64,000 bases of DNA from an uncultured Gemmatimonadales bacterium (GTDB lineage: Bacteria; Gemmatimonadota; Gemmatimonadetes; Gemmatimonadales; GWC2-71-9), in NCBI GenBank assembly GCA_963795085.1, contig CAWCFX010000003.1:288001-352000 (forward strand), written 5' to 3'. Positions 57,732 to 64,000 of this stretch are shown in pieces. The notes beneath the pieces are model-generated. The model searched no databases. It was not told the DNA's origin and saw only the letters and a list, made by a program, of their open reading frames with translations. Each line of letters opens with the position of its first letter. Position 1 is the stretch's first letter. Position numbers and translations under genes: made by a program.

Positions 57732-58856
57732 CTACCGCCCGTACGACTCCAGCCACTCCAGCCCGTCGGCGTCGGTCTGCACCAGGTACACCCGATCCCC
57801 GGTCAGGCCCACCAGGCGCCGTCCCGCGGGCAGCGTGATCGTGTTACGGCGGCGCCCTGCGGAATCGAACACATCGATCCGGACCGCGGGATCCCGCACG
57901 GACACCGTCCGTACCACCCACACGTCTCCGCCGGGCAGGAGCCAGACCGGATGCTCCCCGCCGAACGGCGGCAACGTCCGGGGAAACAACTCATCGGGAT
58001 AGGCCTGTTCGGTCGCCCGGCGCTGGGCTGGCGTGGGCTTGTCGCGGCCCGGCTGACCCTGCACCGCCGCCCGGCCCGCCGGTTGCATCGCGCGCTGGCG
58101 ACGGAAGTGCTCCCGTTCGGCGGCTCCGAGAGACTGTGGCACATCGCCCACCGATGGACCAGCCCGCACCACGGCACCATGGTGCAGCCATTCCACGCGA
58201 TAATCGCTTCCCCGGACGACGGCCAGCCGCCCATCCGGCGATACGGCCCAGGCATCCCGTACGGGATAGGGGTGGAATCGCTGGCCATGCTGCGCCTTGG
58301 CGTGATCGTCCAGCGCGGCAACCTCCACCGGGTCAGAGCCTGGCCGCCAGCGAATCACCACATACTTCTGGTTCCGCTGGAAGCTGCCGTCCGGCATCCG
58401 GTCGATGATGACCGACTCCCAGTAGAGGTTCCCCAGCGAATCGGACCCGCCGGGAGGTGCATACCCGCGGTTCGGCATCAGTGAGGGAAATGGGATGCTG
58501 CCGGCCAGGGCGCCGCTGGGACTGATGCGAAGGAAGCGCCGGGTGTCAACGTCGTAAACGAAGAGGGTGTCGCCGGTCATGCGGGTCACCGCGAACGGCC
58601 GGCGATACTCGTTCGGCCCGCTGCCGGTCCGACCCAGTCGGGAAACCGCGCCGGTTCGTTTGTCAACCAGCGAGAGGGTCCCTTCCCGGGAATCCACCAC
58701 CACCAGCCGACCGTCCCGCAGCGTGTCCAGCGAGGCAACCGAGGAAAACGGCTCGGCGGCCCTCCAGTGCAGACGTCCCACGGCGGGGGCTTGCGCCGGG
58801 ACCGTCCGTGGACTACCAAACGCAAGGAGGAATAGCGCGAGGAAGACCCGGGACAT
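57732..58856 (-). CDS. Secreted 6-bladed beta-propeller protein
   Basis: Signal peptide; GRTGSGPNEY motif and blade-like repeats. Confidence 0.75.
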   Translation of the reverse strand: MSRVFLALFLLAFGSPRTVPAQAPAVGRLHWRAAEPFSSVASLDTLRDGRLVVVDSREGTLSLVDKRTGAVSRLGRTGSGPNEYRRPFAVTRMTGDTLFVYDVDTRRFLRISPSGALAGSIPFPSLMPNRGYAPPGGSDSLGNLYWESVIIDRMPDGSFQRNQKYVVIRWRPGSDPVEVAALDDHAKAQHGQRFHPYPVRDAWAVSPDGRLAVVRGSDYRVEWLHHGAVVRAGPSVGDVPQSLGAAEREHFRRQRAMQPAGRAAVQGQPGRDKPTPAQRRATEQAYPDELFPRTLPPFGGEHPVWLLPGGDVWVVRTVSVRDPAVRIDVFDSAGRRRNTITLPAGRRLVGLTGDRVYLVQTDADGLEWLESYGR

Positions 58857-58959
58857 GGCGTAGGATCCAGAGTGAGGTCCCGGCTCTACGGGAAGGCGAT
58901 CGGGAGGGATTCAGGCAGAAGCGTCCCTCGGTCATGCAATCGGCCCGGCGGTTTCCGCT

Positions 58960-60402
58960 TCAGCGCTGCACGCCCCACCGGGACCCCTCGATGAGCGTCG
59001 CCCCCATCCCGTCTTCGATCACCAGGTCGACCTGGCCATCCCCTTCCCGAAAGCGCGCCGTCGCGTTCGGGCCCACGACGAAATACGCGCGCCCCGCCTC
59101 GGAATAGGCCGGCGACCGGAAGTGCCCCCGCCAGTGCACCACCAGGGTCGGCCCACGCATCGACACTTCGACGGAGTCCCCGGTAGTGGTGCGGTAGACG
59201 CCGACGTGACGCGCGTTCTGGGTCGAGTCGGGCGCGAGGAGATGGCGGGGGCGTGGAGTGGCGACCGTGTCGCCCCGCATGATGGCCGCCAGGTCCTCCA
59301 CCGCACCGCTTCCCCGCTCCAGGTTCGTCAGCAGGATGATCGTTCGGCGGCTCCCCGGGATCCGCATGATATAGCAGGAGAACCCGGGGAGGCCGCCGCT
59401 GTGCTCGTGCGTCACCCCGTCGGGTCCCCTCGCCACGAACCACCCGTAGCCGTAGCTCCCGAGGCCGGGCGTAAAGATCGAGTCGCGCATCGGCTGTTTC
59501 ACCAGGCGCTCGGTGTAGAGGGCCTGGTCCCACCGGTACAGGTCGCGGGCCGTGGTCACCAGTCCGGCGTCGCCCTGCGGCGGACCCATGAGCTGGTAGA
59601 AGGCATTCAGGTAGTCCCCGCGGGACAGCCCGTTGAACCACGCGACGGGATACGCCCCGGGCCGGAGCCGGTAGCCCTGGGCCCGGTCGGGAAGCAGTTC
59701 GGCCGAATGGTCCTGGCTGCTGCGAGTCATGCCGAGCGGCTCGAGGATCCGGGTGCGGAGGAAGTCCTCGTAGGACATCCCGCTGGCCCGCTCGATGATG
59801 TAACCCAGCAGGATGTAGGCGCTGTTGCTGTAGGAGAACCGGGTGCCCGGTGCGAAGTCGAGCGGCCGCTTCCGCGCGTCGCGCGCGATCCGGGCCGCCG
59901 CTCCCTCCTGGGCCATGTAGTCCGAATAGGCCTGGGTGTCGTAGCCGCCGAACCACTCCTCGTAGTCCGAGATGCCCGAGGTGTGGCGGAGCAGGTGATG
60001 GATCGTGATCCCGCTCCAGTCGGGAGGCAGGCTGTCGAAGTACTTGCTGATGGAGTCACTGATGCGAAGCCGCCCCGACTCGGCCAGCATCGCGATGGCC
60101 ATGGCGGTGAACTGCTTGGATACCGAGGCAACGCGAAAGCGGGTGTCCGGCGTGTTGCGCACCCCCAGCTCCATGTTGGCCAGGCCGAACGCCGTATCCA
60201 CCAGGACCGTCCCGTCTTCGGCCACCAGGACAGTGCCCTGCACGTGGCCCAGCGCGGACGCCGCGACGAGGTATTCCCGCATCTGGCCGACTCGAGGATC
60301 CGGGCGGGCCGACTGCCCCCCGGCAGCGCCGGGCGAGGTGGCGAGGATCAGGGTGATGGCAACGCCGAGTCTGACGAGCGGTGTCAAGGTCTTCGGGACC
60401 AT
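58960..60402 (-). CDS. Beta-lactamase-family serine hydrolase
   Basis: Signal peptide; ASVSK, LLRHTSG, YSN, HSG. Confidence 0.9.
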   Translation of the reverse strand: MVPKTLTPLVRLGVAITLILATSPGAAGGQSARPDPRVGQMREYLVAASALGHVQGTVLVAEDGTVLVDTAFGLANMELGVRNTPDTRFRVASVSKQFTAMAIAMLAESGRLRISDSISKYFDSLPPDWSGITIHHLLRHTSGISDYEEWFGGYDTQAYSDYMAQEGAAARIARDARKRPLDFAPGTRFSYSNSAYILLGYIIERASGMSYEDFLRTRILEPLGMTRSSQDHSAELLPDRAQGYRLRPGAYPVAWFNGLSRGDYLNAFYQLMGPPQGDAGLVTTARDLYRWDQALYTERLVKQPMRDSIFTPGLGSYGYGWFVARGPDGVTHEHSGGLPGFSCYIMRIPGSRRTIILLTNLERGSGAVEDLAAIMRGDTVATPRPRHLLAPDSTQNARHVGVYRTTTGDSVEVSMRGPTLVVHWRGHFRSPAYSEAGRAYFVVGPNATARFREGDGQVDLVIEDGMGATLIEGSRWGVQR

Positions 60403-60780
60403 GGGGGTACGATCCTGATCGTGGGGAGAAGGGAACGCGTTTTGGAATATCACCGGACGCCAGCACCTGACGGTTAGTTGCGCGAATACATGGAGCGAGC
60501 GAACCCAGCGAGCCTGCCGCATCGACCTCCACTCGGCCTTCCGCCCGTCGCCGCCTGCCTGATTGGCCACGATTTCTCTCACGAGATGAGCCATCGGGAG
60601 GTCCGGCCCAACCGTCGCGGTTCCTCGAAGGACAAACTATCACCGCAACCTAACCGACTGCCAGTTATCGTATTACAGAGTGCTCGTCGCAGGATGAAAC
60701 CTCCTGAAATAGTCCTCCGTATTGGGTGGCGTCTCACCTCTCCAGAGTCACCGACCCTCTCGCCAGTCAAGGAGCAGACA

Positions 60781-61461
60781 ATGCCCCTGGTGTACGTGGT
60801 CCACATCCTCGCGGGTAGCCTGGGGCTCCTGTTCGGCTACGTGGCCCTCTTCTCGGCGAAAGGCGGATCCCGCCACCGGCAGGCCGGGATGCTCTTTGTC
60901 TACGTGATGCTCACCATGGGGATCGCCGGGATGCTGCTCGCAATCGTGCGGAACAAGGCGCCGACGCTCAATCTTCCCGCCGCGCTGCTGACGATCTACC
61001 TGGTGGTCACGGGACTGTGGACGGTCCGGCCGCCCGTCCGGAGGGGGCGTGGGCTGGCGATGGGTGCCATGGTGATCGGGCTGGCCGTCGGCCTGGTCAG
61101 CCTCGCCTTCGGCCTTGACGCCGTCACCGGAGGGAACCGGGACGGCATGGCCGCGCCCCCCTTCTTCCTGTTCGGCACCATCGGCCTCATCGCGGGCATC
61201 TCAGACATCCGGGTGGTTCGCCACGGTGCGCTTCGGGGCCCGGCGCGGCTGGCCCGGCACTTGTGGCGGCTCTGCTTCGCCCTCTTCATTGCGGCGATGT
61301 CTTTCTTCCTGGGCCAGGCCCAGGTGATCCCCGAACCCATCCGGATCATGCCGGTGCTGATGCTCCCGGTGCTGGCCGTGCTGGTGACCATGCTCTACTG
61401 GCTGTGGCGCATCCGGGTGCGCCGGAGCCTTCGGGGCGTCGTAACCGCCACGGCCTCGTAG
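60781..61461 (+). CDS. Multi-pass membrane protein (DUF2306-like)
   Basis: AAGGAG RBS; HILAG, KGG.RHRQAG, RLARHLWRLC motifs. Confidence 0.8.
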   Translation: MPLVYVVHILAGSLGLLFGYVALFSAKGGSRHRQAGMLFVYVMLTMGIAGMLLAIVRNKAPTLNLPAALLTIYLVVTGLWTVRPPVRRGRGLAMGAMVIGLAVGLVSLAFGLDAVTGGNRDGMAAPPFFLFGTIGLIAGISDIRVVRHGALRGPARLARHLWRLCFALFIAAMSFFLGQAQVIPEPIRIMPVLMLPVLAVLVTMLYWLWRIRVRRSLRGVVTATAS

Positions 61462-61548
61462 CCATTTTCCCGGACAGGATCTCTTGAAACGCGCCCCGCT
61501 GGTCGGTGAAGCCCGACGGATTTCACGCGTCTCGGGAGAACCAGGTGC

Positions 61549-61869
61549 CTAGAACGTCACCGCGACCACCGAATCGGCGGACAACTCCACGGTCTTCCAC
61601 ATCTCATAAATGCCCATCGCGTCACCTCGCTCTACGATGTCGACAGAAGTCCGGGCGGGAGACCGGATGACGAATCTCTGGCTGAGAAACGCCGGGATGG
61701 TTCCCAGGCTGTGTTCGGTGGTGTCGCGGTAGAAGAAGTCCATCGGGTGACTCATGGTATTCGTAATCTGGACCGTGTAGTCCACCCGGGAAGGATGCCC
61801 GGGGGCAGGGACGCCGGCCACTACCGGCGTAATCAGGAGGCCGACAGCTAGAACGGCGATCTTCCGCAT
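61549..61869 (-). CDS. Small secreted hypothetical protein
   Basis: AAGGAG RBS; signal peptide MRKIAVLAVGLLITPVVA; beta-rich mature part. Confidence 0.65.
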   Translation of the reverse strand: MRKIAVLAVGLLITPVVAGVPAPGHPSRVDYTVQITNTMSHPMDFFYRDTTEHSLGTIPAFLSQRFVIRSPARTSVDIVERGDAMGIYEMWKTVELSADSVVAVTF

Positions 61870-62160
61870 GGTATTGCTCCTTGAGAGGGACGCGATTCCA
61901 GGAGCAAACTGGGAGGAGAGGCGGGATGGCGCTACCGGATTGCCGCCAAGCGCCGGGAACCTGCAGCCAATGGCGCAATGGTGCAGAGAGCGGGAGAGAG
62001 GACGGACCGGGCGCCACTTCCCCCGGCCTTCCGCCAGGGTCAGTTGTTCGGCGCCCCCTTCGTTGATGCAGGAAACGGTAAACACTCGCCTACCGCCCTT
62101 TTCCTTCTGCCCTTTTCCTACCGCCCTCCTGCTACCGTCCTGTTCTTGCCGAAAGAAAGA

Positions 62161-62595
62161 TCAGCTCGAGTGATCGTGCACCGTCAGCCAGCGGCCGTTC
62201 TTCTTTTCCCAGATGGTGGAGAACCGGCCGCTTCCCTCCGGCTTGTTACCCCCCGTCAGGACAAACCTCCCGGTCGCGATGGCGGCGTCGCCCCGGCCGA
62301 GGAGGCGGACCTCGACGTCCTCGAAGCGGAGCTGCTGCATCGGCTTTCCGTCGCGCCAGAAGCCGCGCTCGAGCAGCCCTCGAATGGCCGTGCGCCCGCG
62401 GATGAGTCCCTGGCTCCCCATCATGGTGGCGGAATCGGCGTAGGGAGCGACGTGGCGGTCGATGTCGGCATCATTCCAGGCCTTCTCGATGGCGGAGAGC
62501 TCCGCCCGGATGGCAGCGATGTCGCGGTTCTGCGCCGGGGCGGCACTGGGCAGCAGGACGAGGCCGATGGCAGCGATCAGGTAGGGCGCGCGCAT
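62161..62595 (-). CDS. NTF2-like (SnoaL/DUF4440) secreted protein
   Basis: AWNDAD..Y, GRF..IW.K.NGRW..VHDHSS. Confidence 0.85.
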   Translation of the reverse strand: MRAPYLIAAIGLVLLPSAAPAQNRDIAAIRAELSAIEKAWNDADIDRHVAPYADSATMMGSQGLIRGRTAIRGLLERGFWRDGKPMQQLRFEDVEVRLLGRGDAAIATGRFVLTGGNKPEGSGRFSTIWEKKNGRWLTVHDHSS

Positions 62596-62804
62596 GAGGA
62601 GTCCGAGTAAGGGAAGAGGAAACTGCCGGCAGGTTTTCCTACGGACCGGCCCGGGGAATGGGTTTCAGCACCGGAGGTGCAGCCTCACCTTCAACTCGCA
62701 CGGCCCGGCCCCTCGCCGCGTTACCTCACCCCGGTCCCCTCTTCACTTCGTGGAGAGGGGTGCCTACCGCCTTTTTTCCGTACCGCCCACCTACCGCCCC
62801 GCGC

Positions 62805-63057
62805 CCTCTGCGTAATCCGCGGTGGAGGGGTTGCTGTTGCGGGTGAGGGGGCATCGAGATCGCCCCCCCGCACGCTTCGATGCGCTTCACCGCAGAGGAC
62901 GCCGATTGAACTGAGAAATTCGCAGAAACAGCCTTTTTGGGGGGGGGGTCCTGCGAACTCCGCGCGACCTCTGCGCAATGTGCGGTGACGTGGTTGCTGT
63001 TGGGGGGGGGCGGGCGTTGACTTTGTCCTACCGCTCGCTTCGATACGCTTCACCGCA
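62805..63057. repeat. Two ~90-bp imperfect direct repeats (period 163) enclosing a palindromic element
   Basis: 62805-62894 vs 62968-63057; last 27 nt match 25/27; internal TCACCGCA (62887)...TGCGGTGA (62988). Confidence 0.75.
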
Positions 63058-64000
63058 CCCCCGTGAGCATCCGGGCAAACCGGGCTTCCCCCCACACCAG
63101 CGCCGTCACGGCACCGGCGGCGTCGGTCTCCACCCGCACGGTCGCATAGTCCTGGGGCGAGAAGAAGGTGCTGTCGCTGGTAGGGATCAGGGCGTAGGTC
63201 CCCATCAGCCCCAGGGTCGGTGATGCAAAGGACAGCGGGACCGGCCCACCGATCTGATAGTCGCCTGAGTAGCGACGCTGGAGGTCGGCGCTGAGGGCGA
63301 TTGGAGTGACAGCAGGCATAACCGGGGGAGCCACCGCCTCGCCCCGGGCCAGGCGTACCATGTCCCGCCTGAGGAAGTCCACGGCCCCGGTCGCGAGGTT
63401 CCCGGCGAAGATGACCGTGATCCCATCGCCAGCGGTGTAGTCAGCGAAGGCCCGGTATCCGTTGGTGACACCGGCCCAGCTGAAGTCGCCATTCGCCGAG
63501 GCAAGGCGCCGCTGGGCGGATTCTCCATATCCACCGGCGACCAGCCGCCGCATGATACGGAACAAGTCCCCGGGCGTCGTATAGACCGACCCGGCGCCGA
63601 CGAGAAAGGAAAGATCCTTGGCCGGCGCCGGGACCAATCCACGCGAGCCATGGACCAGGCTGGCCGGGGCATTTCGCGGACTCCCCAGGGTCGCGTCGCG
63701 GGTCCCGGCCGCGCCCGCCGGCGCGAGCACGACGCTGTCCAGCAGCCGGGCGTAGGATGCTCTTCCCGCCAGTTCCAGCACCCGGGCCAGCACCGAATAC
63801 CCCGCAGAGCTGTATAGGCGGGTCGAGTCGGGCGAAAAGACGGGCGAGGCCAGGGCAACGAGACGGACCATGTCGCTGGCCGTGCGCCGGGTATTCTCGT
63901 CATCCGGCTGGGTCACCCGGTGGGGAATTCCGCTACGGTGCTGCATCAGCATGTCCACGGTGATCCGGCCGGCCCGGGGAAAACCTGGCAGCCAGGTGCC
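63050..64000 (-). CDS. Beta-lactamase-family serine hydrolase, 5'-truncated by window edge
   Basis: ITVDMLMQHRSGI, YSSAGY, GAGSVYTT; SxxK lies outside the window. Confidence 0.78.
   Translation of the reverse strand, partial: GTWLPGFPRAGRITVDMLMQHRSGIPHRVTQPDDENTRRTASDMVRLVALASPVFSPDSTRLYSSAGYSVLARVLELAGRASYARLLDSVVLAPAGAAGTRDATLGSPRNAPASLVHGSRGLVPAPAKDLSFLVGAGSVYTTPGDLFRIMRRLVAGGYGESAQRRLASANGDFSWAGVTNGYRAFADYTAGDGITVIFAGNLATGAVDFLRRDMVRLARGEAVAPPVMPAVTPIALSADLQRRYSGDYQIGGPVPLSFASPTLGLMGTYALIPTSDSTFFSPQDYATVRVETDAAGAVTALVWGEARFARMLTGVR

Noticed and set aside
60640..60671. Second SARP-like site (TCACCG/TAACCG 11 bp apart) upstream of the DUF2306-like gene
   Set aside because: Only two units and imperfect spacing to a -10; could be chance.
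61870..62160. Riboswitch in the long leader of the small secreted protein gene
   Set aside because: No recognisable aptamer consensus; an Rfam scan would be needed.
62805..63057. Possible CRISPR array
   Set aside because: Only two imperfect units with a 163-bp period, and no cas genes.

Overview
GC-rich bacterial chromosomal window. Gene content and style suggest Gemmatimonadota, but this is inference only. The left half is mostly housekeeping on the minus strand: dnaJ-grpE, cinA, pgsA, a dnaX-ybaB-recR-(small membrane protein)-mglB-mglA run, an SRP RNA gene and a pyk/pgi/class II aldolase cluster, with ppk1 on the plus strand. An AT-richer intergenic block at about 29.05-29.37 kb holds DnaA-box-like and IHF-like motifs and is an oriC candidate. 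The right half is accessory: ispG with exported thioredoxin-fold proteins, two PAS hybrid kinases, serine hydrolases, a frameshifted choice-of-anchor-B-type gene, and a cupredoxin/multicopper oxidase operon. That operon is divergent from a membrane-spanning SARP/BTAD regulator, and the shared promoter carries four hexamers phased at exactly 11 bp. No CRISPR array, tRNA, rRNA, integrase or transposase was recognised. Several families of short intergenic repeats are present. All calls come from motif recognition by eye, without database searches.
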